NCBI GenBank assembly: GCA_008632985.1
Contig: QPGO01000148.1
Coordinates: 1-64,000 of the forward strand
DNA from: Psammoneis japonica
Lineage: Eukaryota
Reading direction: 5' to 3'
DNA length: 64,000 nucleotides
Below, one piece after another: positions 26,520 to 38,876 of the stretch. Position 1 is the stretch's first letter. Every line of letters begins with the position of its first letter. Under the pieces are notes generated by a model that saw nothing but the letters and a program-made list of their open reading frames with translations, made no database searches and was not told where the DNA came from. The translations under genes were made by a program, and so were the position numbers.

Positions 26520-26745
26520 GATCGAATGTCGTTATGTAACGTATAAAACGATGCTTTATGTAGGGCCTAGCATAAACTTCCCATATGTAGCTTACATATA
26601 AAGTTATGCTGCATAAAAGGGTGAGCAATGAAAAGTCGCGTCATGCAGCTTGTACATAAACTTCCCCTACACAGAGCTACATAAGGGTGAGCAATTAAAA
26701 GTCGCGCTATGTAGCTGTCGTTATGATGTAGCTTTACCCACTGTA
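26520..26745 (-). mobile_element. DNA-transposon terminus (CAGTGGGTAAAG on minus, TA flank) with subterminal repeats
   Basis: Two copies of CATAAACTTCCC...CATAA..GGGTGAGCAATnAAAAGTCGCG and several ATGTAG motifs; ends ...CCCACTG|TA, then coding-like sequence begins. Partner terminus not found. Confidence 0.55.
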
Positions 26746-29700
26746 TGCGAAGTGAATCGAATAACGCAACACCAAGGCCGCTTAATATCGCTCTTCCTCG
26801 AAGGTCTCACGAAACCATTTACGCCTGAAGAAAAGGAGCTCTTGGAAATTACGTTTGAAGAGAAGCTTACAACAACCTCTCAGGAGGCTGCAGAGACATT
26901 TACGAGCGAAGCATCAGCAACGTGCAGCTTGTGAACTATGAACTACTCCTAGCTGGCGACGGAACGGTTCCATTTATGGATATGGATTGGACAGTAGATG
27001 TTCTTTGCAATGGGTGCTCTCCGATTGAACCCATGTTCAACTCTGGAATCGAAAATAAGACGATCGAATCTGGGAGTGAGAAGAAAAACCTTTTTGATTG
27101 CAAGCAGTCTTCTCCCTATCCTGAAGATGCTCTTCACAGGAGAACTGAAGAAGAATTCAAAATACGATCCACAACATTTTCTGCATCCGATTTTATGCCG
27201 CAATTAAATTTCAAGTTCCTTGAACTTGGAATTGACGAGTTCGAAGCAATATCCGAGTTGTATGTGATTGATACGAACGGGGTCGAAGCCGAAATCATCA
27301 GAATAGACAATCAGAGCCCTAGTCAGCCAGCCCCGTCGAATTCGCTATCGAGTTCGCCATCGAGTTTGCTATCGAGTTTGCCATCGAGTTCGCAATCGAG
27401 TTCGCCATCGAGTTCGCCTTCGATTTCACCTTCATCTTCTCCCTCTACGCCGAGTACTGTGGCACCGACTCCAGGCTCTACACCCACTCCAGGTGATCCT
27501 CCAGCGAACCCTCCGTCTCTCCCGTCCACATCACAGCCAAATAGTCTTCCGACAGATTCGAAATCGGCTCCAGGTGAAACTCCAACGAACATGCTTCCGC
27601 CATCGCCTTCTACGACACCGCCCAATAGTCTTCCACCATCAGGCTCCACTCCAACTCCAGGTGAACCTCAACCAAATTCACCCGCGACTCCAACAGATTC
27701 AACACCTGCTCCAGGTGGACGTCCATCGAGTTCGCCCCCGAGTCCAAGCTCCACATCACAGCCAAATAGTCCTCCACCGGCAGGTTCAACATCGGCTCCT
27801 GAAGAGCCCAGCACAGAGCCTCCAACCACGTCTTCGCCCGCAGCAACCCCCACCCCGCCGCCAATGGCACCAGAGACGGGGCCACCGACTGCAACTCCAA
27901 CGAAACAGCCTACAAACTCACCAACGCGAAAGCCAAGTCTGCCGCCGACTTTGCAGCCATCACAGAATCCGACTCCGCCTCCTACCGTTGATCCAACACC
28001 ACCCCCGACTCTCGAACCAACTCTGCCGCCGACTCCAAATCCAACATTACCTCCCACACCACCGCCATCACGAAACCCCACTCCGCCTCCCACCATTAAT
28101 CCGACGCCACCGCCATCACCGAAACCGTCCCTACCTCCTACACCAAATCCAACAACACCTCCCACACCACCACCGTCTCAAAATCCTACTCCGCCTCCTA
28201 CAATTAATCCAACACCGCCGCCATCACCGAATCCATCTCTACCACCGACGCCATTTCCAACATTGCCACCGACACCGCCACCTACCATTAATCCAACACC
28301 GCCGCCATCTCCTAATCCATCTCTACCACCGTCGCCGAATGCGACACCGCCACCAGTACTGAACCCAACTCTACCTCTGACACCTGATCCGTCGTCGGCA
28401 ACCCTACCTGCTACAGCTTTACCAGCCTCAGTGTCTCCAACGACCACTCTTGGCATGCCTTCTTCGGCTCCATCCTCGTCTTCAGCAGGACCGATTGGAG
28501 TACCTAGCTCTGCACCTACGGAGTCGCAGCCCTCGTCAGCCCCCTCGGCAATCCCAACAACGGTTTCGGGTAATGAACCGAGTGGAGCTCCGAGCGGTGA
28601 ACCTTCGAATGCTTCTTCCGCATTTTCAAGTCAATCTCCTTCTAGCGAATCTAGTGTCGCTCCGTCTGTGCAGCCATCAACGATACCCAGTGACGTGCCG
28701 ATTTCGGCACCATCTACTACGCCCTCCCACGCTCCTACGGTTGTACCAACTCTGACACCGACAGGACTTGTGCCTTCATCAACTCCTTCGACGGCTCCAT
28801 CATCTGTTTCGAGCATTACGGCAAGTGAAGCTCCGAGCGGAACGCCAAGTGACGAAACTTCTGGTGCTCCGTCTGCTGTGCCAAGTGGATCTCCAACGGT
28901 CGAATCTAGTATCTCGCCGTCTTCGTCACCATCCGCGGTTTCCAGCGACGTGCCGACATCGATGTCGTCTGTTGCGCCCTCCGGCTCTCCTTCTGTTGGG
29001 CCTAGTCCATCGCCTCCAGCACTTGTTCCTTCGCCAGCTCCCTCGACGGCACCATCATCTGATTTGAGCGGTACACCAGGTGAAGGTCCAAGCGGAGCCC
29101 CCAGTGACGAACCCTCTATTGCTCCGTCTGCTTTGCCAAGTCAATCTCCAAGAGGCGAATATAGTTTCGTGCCGTCTTTGTCTCCATCCGCGGTTCCCAG
29201 CGAAGTGCCGACATCGACGTCAATCCCACCGAGCGACGTCCCCTCCTTGACGCCTTCGACAGTTCCCTCATCAAGCCCGTCTGCAGTTCCGAGTGCAGCT
29301 CCCAGTGATCCGCCATCGACAACTCCGTCTTCCAATCCCAGCGAAATGCCGTCCTCTTCACCTTCAAATGCTCCATCGGCTGCACCCTCGACAGTCCCTA
29401 GCTCGGTACCGAGTGATGTGCCATCGACGACTCCATCTTCTGAACCGAGTAGGATGCCGTCCTTATCGCCTTCGACTGCCCCCTCAACTACGCCTTCGAC
29501 AACCCCAAGTGCGGCTCCCAGTAATATCCCGTCGACTGGTCCATCCGCTCAGCCGAGTGATGTGCCTTCTCTGCACCCGTCTACAGTGCCTTCGACAGGC
29601 CCGAGTTCGTCACCCAGTGGCATCCCGTCGACTAGCCCCTCCGTTCACCCCAGTGATGTGCCTTCTCTGCAACCGTCTACGTTGCCTTCAACAAACCCAT

Positions 29701-31826
29701 CAGGTGTCCCGAGTGCTGCTCCCAGTCATATCCCATCGACTAGTCCATCAGATCAACCAAGTGATGTGCCTTCTCTTCAACCGTCTAGAGTGCCTTCAAC
29801 AAGCCCTTCAGCTGTCCCTTCTGCAGCACCAAGTATCGATCCCAGTGTTGCGCCATCGACCACTCCCTCATCAGAACCAAGCGATGTGCCATCTTTGGTG
29901 CCCTCAACTTCACCTTCGGTCGGTCCCAGTGCGGCTCCTTCAGCTAGACCGAGCGACATCCCTTCGTTGACGCCATCAAAAGTGCCCTCAACTGCTCCTT
30001 CTGGAGTCCCGAGTTCCGCTCCCAGTCATGTGCCTTCAACCGTTCCTTCTGCCGTCCCCACTACGGCTCCTAGTGATGTGCCTTCAACAACACCATCGAC
30101 AGAGCCAAGTGATGCCCCGTCTCTCACCCCTTCTACGGTGCCGAGCGATGCTCCCAGTGACGTGCCTTCAACAAACCCATCTGCAGAGCCAAGTGTTACC
30201 CCGTCTCTTGCACCTTCGACGGTGCCCTCTACCGCTCCGTCTGCCATACCGACTACTTCTCCCAGTGACGTGCCTTCAACAATACCATCTGAGGAACCAA
30301 GTGATGTCCCGTCTCACACCCCTTCAACGGTGCCCTCAGCTACTCCATCTGCGGTCCCAAGTGAAGCGCCGAGTGATTTACCTTCTGTAACACCTTCGAC
30401 AGAACCGAGTGATGGCCCGTCTCTCACCCCATCAAAGGTGCCATCTACTACTCCGTCGGCAGTCCCGAGTTCCGCCCCCAGTGACGTGCCTTCAACAAGA
30501 CCATCTGTAGAGCCAAGTGACACCCCGTCTGTCACCCATTCGTCGGTGCCCTCTGCTGCTCCATCTGCAATGCCGAGTGCTGTTCCTAGTGACATGCCTT
30601 CAACAACACCATCTGGAGAACCAAGCGATGTCCCGTCTCTCACCCCTTCAACGGCGCCCTCAGCTACTCCATCTGCGATCCCAAGTGAAGCGCCGAGTGA
30701 TGTACCTTCTACGAGACCTTCGGCAGAACCGAGTGATGGCCCGTCTGTCACCCCATCAAAAGTGCCATGTACTACTCCGTCGGCAATGCCGAGTTCAGCC
30801 CCGAGTGACATACCTTCTACAACACCTTCGATAGAGCCGAGTGATGTTCCGTCTTTGACACCTTCGACGGTGCCCTCTACTACTCCATCTGCAATGCCGA
30901 GTGCTGATCCTAGTGACATGCCTTCAACAAAACCATCTGCGGAACCAAGTGATGTCCCGTCTCTCACCCCTTCAACGGTGCCCTCGGCTACTCCATCTGC
31001 GGTCCCAAGTGAAGCACCGAGTGATGTACCTTCTACAAGACCTTCGGCAGAACCGAGTGATGGCCCGTCTCTCACCCCATCAAAGGTGCCATCTACTACT
31101 CCGTCGGCAATGCCAAGTGCGGCTCCCAGTGATATCCCGTCGTCTAGTCCATCCGCTCAGCCGAGTGATGTGCCTTCTCTGCACCCGTCTATAGTGCCTT
31201 CGATTGGCCCTAGTTCGTCACCCAGTGGCATCCCGTCGACTAGCCCCTCCGTTCAGCCCAGTGATGTGCCTTCTCTTCAACCGTCTACGTTGCCTTCAAC
31301 AAACCCATCAGGTGTCCCGAGTGCTGCTCCCAGTCATATCCCGTCGATTAGTCCATCAGATCAGCCATCGACGACTCCATCTTCTGAACCGAGCAGGATG
31401 CCGTCCTTATCGCCTTCGACTGCCCCCTCAACTACGCCTTCGACAACCCCACGTGCGGCTCCCAGTAATGCCCCGTCGACTAGTCCATCCGCTCAGCCGA
31501 GTGATGTGCCTTCTCTTCAACCGTCTACGTTGCCATCAACGAACCCATCCGCTCTTCCGAGTTTGGCACCCAGCAATGTTCCGTCGACAAACCCATCATC
31601 TGTCCCGAGTTTTATGCCGTCTTCCTTACCATCTGCAGGCCCAAATGATGCAGCTTCAGAGGAAGGGGCTTCATTTTCAGAACGCAACCAGGTGGTACAG
31701 GTTATCTTGTCCATTCCGAGCGCGGCGGACACACTCAATTCGGTACCATGTGACAGAGACGGCCGGCGGTGCCGATCATCAGATCAACGAACTCGAGTTC
31801 TTTGGATTTATCACTCCCCCCTTTGA
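26746..31826 (+). CDS. Pro/Ser/Thr-rich mucin-like extracellular protein (PSxx / PTxx repeats); 5' end truncated, frame change near 26925
   Basis: 1634-aa ORF of PSDVPSTTPSxEPS-type repeats, with higher-order units of ~324 bp near 30293-31100. Confidence 0.8.
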
Positions 31827-32891
31827 CGGTGCCAAGTGATGCGTTTGGGGCTCCTTAATTGGCATTTTTGGCGGTCGGAGTCTTTTGCGCGGCCGTTCAA
31901 GGTACGATTGGTACCACCAGTACGCCATGCCATTTTTCTCTAAAGTCAGGCTGATTCACCCCCATTCAGTTGCATTGACTATTAGCACAACACCTGAGGT
32001 ATCACATCATGGGTCTATGGGAATGCCAAGCGTTGGGCAGAGTTGGTTGGGTTGGCGAGCGTAGCAGGGTGAGGCAGAACGGAGGACGACAGCGAGGAGC
32101 AAAAGGGGATCAGGGGTGACTCTAGGGCGTGGAGCATTCTTCGTGGTAAATCTACAATCTACCACTTTTGGAAAAGTCCGGGAATAACCGGCAGACGAGG
32201 TTGCTCTTGTCTCTAAACATTTGAGTGACTTCCTGGGTTGCTGACTGCAGCGGCACCCAGGCAATTTCTTTCTGCAATGCTGTTCACAGGCTCCCACCCG
32301 CCTCCGAACAGCGTGACGGTCTCAGAGAGCCAATGCGGTGGCATGCCGGCGAGACTGAGAGTGGTGCCTCCAAGGAAGGGGGTGCCACTTGAAGTTGTAG
32401 ACCCGAAATCTCTGTAGATAGGGTTCGGCTGCCCTCGAAAGCTGGTGCGTGTGGATTGTTGCCTTAAAACTCTGTGGAGGACACAACAACCGGAGCAACT
32501 CTAGGTGGTGTAGGAGCAGGCGACATTGGAGCAGCTATGCGACATGGGAGTCGGCGGCGCTGGAATAGCTAGGCTGTGTAGGAGTCGTTGGCGATAGCTG
32601 CTGTGCGGCGTGGGAGTCGATAGAGGTGGAGTTGATGTCATCTTTCGTTTCGAGTCTCCAACAACAGGGCATTGTTGCTCGCGCTTCTTTCGCTACACTG
32701 TAACCACACTTCATGATAGACTATTAGCAGCCGCATTTCTTGGCTAAATTGACGATGTATTTTCTTCTACTAGAGTACTTACTATCATTGGTGCTGTCCG
32801 CCAAACTCAAGCAATGCAGTGAGTACTCGAACGAATGCACTCGACCCTTGACCCCCCTCCTCCCGCATCAAAGTCTACGATGACCACTGCT

Positions 32892-35717
32892 TCACCAGAG
32901 ACCCGGATTATCACGCTGAAACTGCTCCACAAAGGTGTCGAAAAGCAAGGGAAGTACGTCAGGCTTGTTCCCTTGTGGCACAATCCCGAGACTCTTCAAG
33001 ATTTCTTTTGCGGCCGTGAGAGGGAACGCCGTGTACACTATCCCATGCTCCGAAAACATTGCTTTGCGTGCGGCATCGTCCATTTCCAGCCACAAGATTG
33101 CGATAATCGCGGACAATACCAAGGGAAGTGATTCTCCCGGAAGCTCGTAGTCACCATAATTTTGAAGCACAGTTTTCTTTCGCTTCGGCAAAGGCTTCTC
33201 GGCCAGTTTTTCTTTCAACGCAGGTGCGTTCAAAACGCAGGCTACCTGCTCACATGTCATACGCGTGGAGTCTTTTGAGACGTGATCTAGAAGCTTCTTG
33301 TACAGCACGGTGCCCTTCTTGCAGCTCACGTTGTTTAACAATGAAAATACCATCTGCTGGTACCCCAAAGCCTTGTTCAGAGTGTCGGTGGTTTCATTGG
33401 CCAATGCCTCGCGCAAACTCTTGTCAACGGCATAGATCCGGGATGGGGGAGCTATCGATGAGTCTGAGCCGACGTCAATCACCTCAGGCAGCAACGTTTC
33501 CGGAGGTGAGGGCCGAACTTCATTGGCTTCAAAGCCCTGGGATGGCGGAGCCTCGTCAGATACCGCCGGTGATCCGTTTGTGCTTACTACCTTGCCCTCG
33601 GGCGATGGAGGATGCTCGGAGGACACCGCTGACGAGGGCGTAAACAGGAAGGCTGATTCTTGAGAAGCCAATGACGTGGGGGTATCCAGATCAACGTTGT
33701 CGCAATGATGCATGATGGCACGTGCTGCGACGTCGTCGTCCTCAAGACCGTTGCCTTCGATAGAGAGGTGATCCACTTTGACCTTGCTCACAAATTTACC
33801 AAGGAGTTCGAAACTGGCGTTGCCCAAATCGTTAGTAGCAAAGTTCACGTACTTCATCTCCTTGATATGCGGGTTCTCCATTAGAGCATTTATAATACTC
33901 TCAAGGCCATGGTCGCCGAGTTCAGCATCAGCGAAGTTCATCTTCGACAGGCGCTTTTGGGTTTTCAGGAGCTCCCCAAAAGCATCTGCTCCCTCTTTCC
34001 CAACCGTAACGGCTTCAGCACTGAATTGTTCCAACTGGCACCCTTTCTCTTCCAAGCCAATAAACACCTGTTTGCACTCTTGAGGGCCCAGGCTTGTGTC
34101 AGAGACATTCAAGTGCTTGATGCCTCGGCTCAACTCAAGGACAAGGATGAGCAAGCGAACTTGATGCGAAGCTAAATTGGCACCAGTTAGATCCAAAGCC
34201 TTGAGATTGTTGAAAGGCTCAGTCCACGGCTCCAATGTTTTGCTCGCCAAAGCATGGAGAACCCTATTCCACACCTTCGCGGTCATTCCTCCTCGCAAGT
34301 CGTGGAGATCGAGCGTCTTCAGATGAGGCGCCGCCTTGATGAGTTTGCCAATGGCCATCAATGCGGTGTCATCGTCGGTGTCCGAACAAGCCGTAATGTT
34401 GCCAATAGCGAGCGCTTCCAGGGACGCAGCACGTGCCGCGAGCTCTCCGAGAATAGCGGCGATTGTGTTTGCTTCAAGGCCCGCGTCACAGAGCGAAACA
34501 ACTTGAAGTGAGTCCTTTTCCAGCTTGCTGAAGAGGGTTGTCACTGCTAGAGCAACGTCGGGGCCCATCGCATTTTTATCGCATACGAAGTAACGGAGAT
34601 TGGGTGCTGGACTCAAGGCATCGCATATAGCACTCATGACCGCTGGACCGGAATCCGAATGGGTTTGGGTTAGAATCTCGGTGATATCGATGAACTCGAT
34701 ATGTTGTCGCACGTCGTTTTCTTTCAAGAACGATGCGATTTTGGAGGCTCCTTTCTTCGTCATTGGACAGCCCGAAAAAGTCAACTTGGTGACCTTCAGT
34801 CCCTGCTTCAGGCCACGTTTCATACACGGAGCCCAAGCCTCCCCGATGAGCTTCATAGCGCCATGCTTGTCCAAAGTTTGACGGCGAGGTAGTCCACTAA
34901 GAGTTATGCCCTCGCCGTTGTTGTAGAAGCCGTCAAGACCGAGATCGACCGGCATGGAACGGGCCTCCTTGAACAGCTGGGAGAGATTGGAGCGAATGGA
35001 CGCCTCATTGGGTGAAGCTTGATGTGCACCTTGGAGAAAACCGGGTGCAGTGTTGATGCTTGGGGGGCGGAGATGCTCACGCACTCCATCCAACTGGCGG
35101 TGCGGGAGGACAACGGGCTGAGACTTCGGCAAAGCGCGGGCGTCTGGGCCGTCTTCGAAATAAAGGCGCCGCTGGAGCTGGAGCGCGTACTGGCGGTCAT
35201 AGATTTCTTGAGCACGAACGGAGTTGTCGGTGCGTCGGACAGACCGGTCGATATTCGTGCACCTGCTGTTGTCGGTGTGGCGGCGGACCGAGTGGTCGAC
35301 GGTCGAGCGGCTGTTGTGCCCAACGTAGCTGGTGCTGCCGATCGACACGTTCGCTCCTTCGCCCACATTGAGCACCAATGGTGGAGGCTGCTGTAGAGGC
35401 TGCGGTGTCTCTTCCTGCGCCGCTGTTGCCACTGTCGCGATCGGCGTTGTCGGCGCCAAAATGTTCAATTGTCGCTTGCGATACTGCAGCAAGTCGGCTA
35501 GTTTTTTGCGGTTGTGCTTGTGGTTGGGATTGTCCTCATTCCAATATTCCCACAGACTCGGGTACTTGAATCGGTTTTTATGACAGTCGAAGATCGGACC
35601 CAGCCTCGTGGAGTCATCTCCGCGTCCGCAAAACTCGCTGAATCCCCCGTGGTCTTCGGCCATTTGGGTGAATTCAGCATCCAGATCTTCCGTCCAGGGA
35701 TCTGCGAGGCTCTGCAT
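32892..35717 (-). CDS. ribonuclease-inhibitor-type leucine-rich repeat protein, RanGAP-like paralog with low-complexity N-terminus
   Basis: Repeats such as LRYFVCDKNAMG, LKTLDLHD, LKALDLTG, IKHLNVSDTSLG, MNFADAELGDHG; first ATG at 35717. Confidence 0.75.
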   Translation of the reverse strand: MQSLADPWTEDLDAEFTQMAEDHGGFSEFCGRGDDSTRLGPIFDCHKNRFKYPSLWEYWNEDNPNHKHNRKKLADLLQYRKRQLNILAPTTPIATVATAAQEETPQPLQQPPPLVLNVGEGANVSIGSTSYVGHNSRSTVDHSVRRHTDNSRCTNIDRSVRRTDNSVRAQEIYDRQYALQLQRRLYFEDGPDARALPKSQPVVLPHRQLDGVREHLRPPSINTAPGFLQGAHQASPNEASIRSNLSQLFKEARSMPVDLGLDGFYNNGEGITLSGLPRRQTLDKHGAMKLIGEAWAPCMKRGLKQGLKVTKLTFSGCPMTKKGASKIASFLKENDVRQHIEFIDITEILTQTHSDSGPAVMSAICDALSPAPNLRYFVCDKNAMGPDVALAVTTLFSKLEKDSLQVVSLCDAGLEANTIAAILGELAARAASLEALAIGNITACSDTDDDTALMAIGKLIKAAPHLKTLDLHDLRGGMTAKVWNRVLHALASKTLEPWTEPFNNLKALDLTGANLASHQVRLLILVLELSRGIKHLNVSDTSLGPQECKQVFIGLEEKGCQLEQFSAEAVTVGKEGADAFGELLKTQKRLSKMNFADAELGDHGLESIINALMENPHIKEMKYVNFATNDLGNASFELLGKFVSKVKVDHLSIEGNGLEDDDVAARAIMHHCDNVDLDTPTSLASQESAFLFTPSSAVSSEHPPSPEGKVVSTNGSPAVSDEAPPSQGFEANEVRPSPPETLLPEVIDVGSDSSIAPPSRIYAVDKSLREALANETTDTLNKALGYQQMVFSLLNNVSCKKGTVLYKKLLDHVSKDSTRMTCEQVACVLNAPALKEKLAEKPLPKRKKTVLQNYGDYELPGESLPLVLSAIIAILWLEMDDAARKAMFSEHGIVYTAFPLTAAKEILKSLGIVPQGNKPDVLPLLFDTFVEQFQRDNPGLW

Positions 35718-36689
35718 TCTTCTTGTTTGATGAGTTGGTTCTTGTTGACAATCAAAAGGCAAGATTATGAGAGGTAGAGGCACGAGCGCAGTGTGCTCTG
35801 CGTTCGGATTCGTGCCGTGCCTTGTGAGAGATTTTGTGAAATTTCCCGTAGATTTCCGCAGGATTTGTACGAAGAGTCGCGTAGATGACCCGCACACGAC
35901 CCGCTCCAACCGAACGAGCGTTCACAAGACTTCGTGTCGGTTGGAGTAGACATGAAATTTTGCCGACAGAAAGCAAAAATGGAGGGAAAAAGTGGTCGCT
36001 CTCTAAGTGATTTGAGACGAGAATTTGTGTTCAAATCTGATTGGCCGTAAGGTCGCGATTTTTTGAATGCAGCCGTGTGTAACACATGGCAGAGTCGTCT
36101 ACTGAAGCTCTGTTCATTAATATGAACATAAAGTAAGTATCAAAATTAAAGATGAAAATTGCGCGGGGCATTGAATGTGAATTGTTCAAAATGTCCTATG
36201 ATATATTGGAATCCATGCAGTCTCGGTCAGTCATTTGGTTTGTATAGTGATCCTGTAGAAGTGAACGTGAAAATAGTCATAATTAACTTCCGTTGTTAAG
36301 AACCTACGTAGGAATCACAGTATGTTTTCCGCGGGCGGACAGGAATCACGACTCGGAAATCACGATCAGCAACAGGAGGACCAGAAGAAAGACATCGAAG
36401 GGCAGAAAGACATCGTTCACAAACCCGATAGTTCCTAAGTAAATAAAGAGGACCAAAACTCTCGCAAACATCGATAGTGAAATCGTTTGCGTCACCGACC
36501 TACGTCATAGATCAGAAACCGCAGCACTCTTCGCTACGGTACATCCTCCACAAGATTCAAGATGAAAAACAATAGCAATGAAGCCGGTCCGGTTGCTCGC
36601 GTTTTTCATCACATTGCTCTCTCTCTCTCTCTCTACGAGGGGTTGAATCATGGTGCAAGGCTATTTATTCGCACTAGTGGTTGATGACT

Positions 36690-37445
36690 TGGGTATCGTC
36701 TCGAAAGGCACTGCATTGTCTCGAGTGGTGTGTCTCGTGGCGAGTGGCATGTTGAATGTGGCATCGTCTCGTCTATCGTCTCGAGTGTTTTTGCATTGTC
36801 TTGATTGGGTTCGTCGCGTCTTGAGCGGTGTCATCTAGTCTCGATCAGTATCATCTCGAGTAGTATCGTCTTGAGTAGTATCATTTAAATGTTGTCTAGA
36901 GTGGAAATTGCATTGTCTCGAGTAGTAAACACCTAGTCTCGAGTGGTGTCGTCTCGAGTAGTGGTAAATTTCGTCTCGAGTGGCACTGCGTTGTCTCGAG
37001 TAGTGAATATCTTATCTCGAGTGGTATCGTCTCGAGTAGTAAATATCTCTGCTCTCGTCTCAAATGGTAGCGTATAATCTCGAGTGGCATCATCTCGAGT
37101 AGCAAATATCGTCTTGAGTGGTACTGTGTTGTCTCGAGTAGTAAATAGAAGTACAGTATCTAATCTCAAGTGGTGTCGTCTCGAGTAGAAAATTTCTAGT
37201 CTCAAGTGGTATCGTATCATCTCGAGTGGCATCGCACCATCTCGAGTAGTAAACATCTATCTCGAGCAGCACTTGTGTTGTCTCGAGTAGTAAATGCAGT
37301 GTCTAATCTCGAGTGGCCTTGTCTGAAGACGTAAATTTCTACTAGTCTCAAGTGGTGTCGTATTATCTCGAGTGGTGTCATCTAGTCTCGAGTGGTCTCG
37401 AGTGGCATCATGTCGAGCAGTAAATATCTAGAGTCTCGAGTAGCA
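36690..37445. repeat. array of short units built on the palindrome CTCGAG (TCTCGAGTAG / TCTCGAGTGG)
   Basis: Tens of copies at roughly 12-25 bp spacing, with CTTGAG/CTCAAG variants. Confidence 0.9.
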
Positions 37446-38344
37446 TGTAGAGTAGCAGTTTTGCTACAAGATGAATCCCCGATGCAATCTTCTTATAGTT
37501 ACTCTAAAGTATGCCAGAGAACGATGGATCAAGAGTGCGGCTTGTCTTTCGCTGCTGCAGAATCAAACTCTAACAACAAATCAAACCATTCTTTCAATCT
37601 GAACGCCCGCCGGAGTTTCGAGATGACCAAGAACTTGTTTTGTCTTTTCCAGTCAAAAAGAGGTTAATCATCGCCTTCAACTTGAAGAACGAATTCCGAA
37701 CAACCTTCGCCTTTGTGAGTGTGAAAGCACCGCCGGGAAGCTCGTCGAAACCGGAGTAACCATCGGTTTCAATGTGCGCAGTGATGAAAGGCACTATTTC
37801 CTGGGTTGATGATGCAGTTGTGTCAAACTAATGACTCGGCTTCACAGTTTCGAACTTGAATTCGGAGATTGTATGCTTTGGTTCTTTGGAAGACCCCTTT
37901 TTGCTTGGAACAAACACGGTTTTGTCGAAGTGAATGATGAGTTTCGCAGGTTGCGACCCCTCGGTTTCTCGTGGGCTTTCTGAGCCCTCTTCTGAATCAT
38001 ACGAGTCCAAATTGATGACAGAACGTTTTATACTTCGTTTTGATGCACGACTATCGTGTTCGGGTTGCCTGGTTGCGGGCCGCTAGGCGGCGGAGCGGCG
38101 GAGGTCCTCATGGTTGACATCGATGTGTTTTGATGGTTGCATCAAAATTTAGTAGTACTAATTTTGTGTAGGACCGTATTGAAGAGAACCTGATTTTTTT
38201 TTTTCGAAGAAAAAATTTTTTCGAAGAAAAAAAAGAAATTCTCACCATCGCCGCGCCAAATTTTCATTTTTTTCAAGATTTTTCTTAGATTTTTCAAAAA
38301 AAGAGGTTAATAACGTATCTATTCATTGTAAATTGTACTAACAA

Positions 38345-38631
38345 GTTTAACGTCATTAACGTCAAAAATATGAATTATTATCTGTATTAATAAAAAAAAA
38401 GTTATAGAAAGAAAAAAATATTCCGAATTCCAACGTTGGAATGCTCTGTAGAGACTTGGTAACTTTTCTACGGAGTACGAATTCCAACGTTGGAATTCGG
38501 ATTATGTAGAATTATTACTAACGCTCTACAGAGCATTCCAACGTTGGAATTCGGAATATTTTTTTCTTTCTATAACGTTTTATTACTTGTTTATGAACAA
38601 CATATACAGTTTTGACGTTATTGACGTTAAA
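38345..38631. repeat. AT-rich palindrome centred at 38488/38489
   Basis: Perfect 53-bp inverted repeat 38401-38453 / 38524-38576; central 22-bp palindrome CGAATTCCAACGTTGGAATTCG; outer imperfect arms. Confidence 0.95.
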
Positions 38632-38876
38632 TATGTCGGTATAGTTATTAATGAAGGTATATGGAATTAACTGCTACAAAAACAGAAATACGAGAAAAAC
38701 TACTGTTTTTCCATATAATTTTCAATTTTTCATCACTCAGAAATTTTTTTTCTGTCGACGAGCAAAATTTTCAGATTTTTGACAAGTTTTTGAGATTTAG
38801 AATGTATGACACATCCAGTTTTTCTTCTCTCTCACCGCATGTGTTTTCTCCATTGATCACAAACAACAACACAACC

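Noticed and set aside
27323..31738. Antisense Gly/Val-rich and alternate-frame Arg-rich ORFs
   Set aside because: Shadows of the Pro/Ser repeat frame.
31690..31920. GTGGTAC...GTACCAC inverted match at the end of the mucin ORF
   Set aside because: Only 7-8 bp; could equally be an intron donor or chance.
36690..37445. CRISPR-like appearance of the CTCGAG array
   Set aside because: Repeat core and linkers are far too short, linkers are related to each other, and there are no cas genes.
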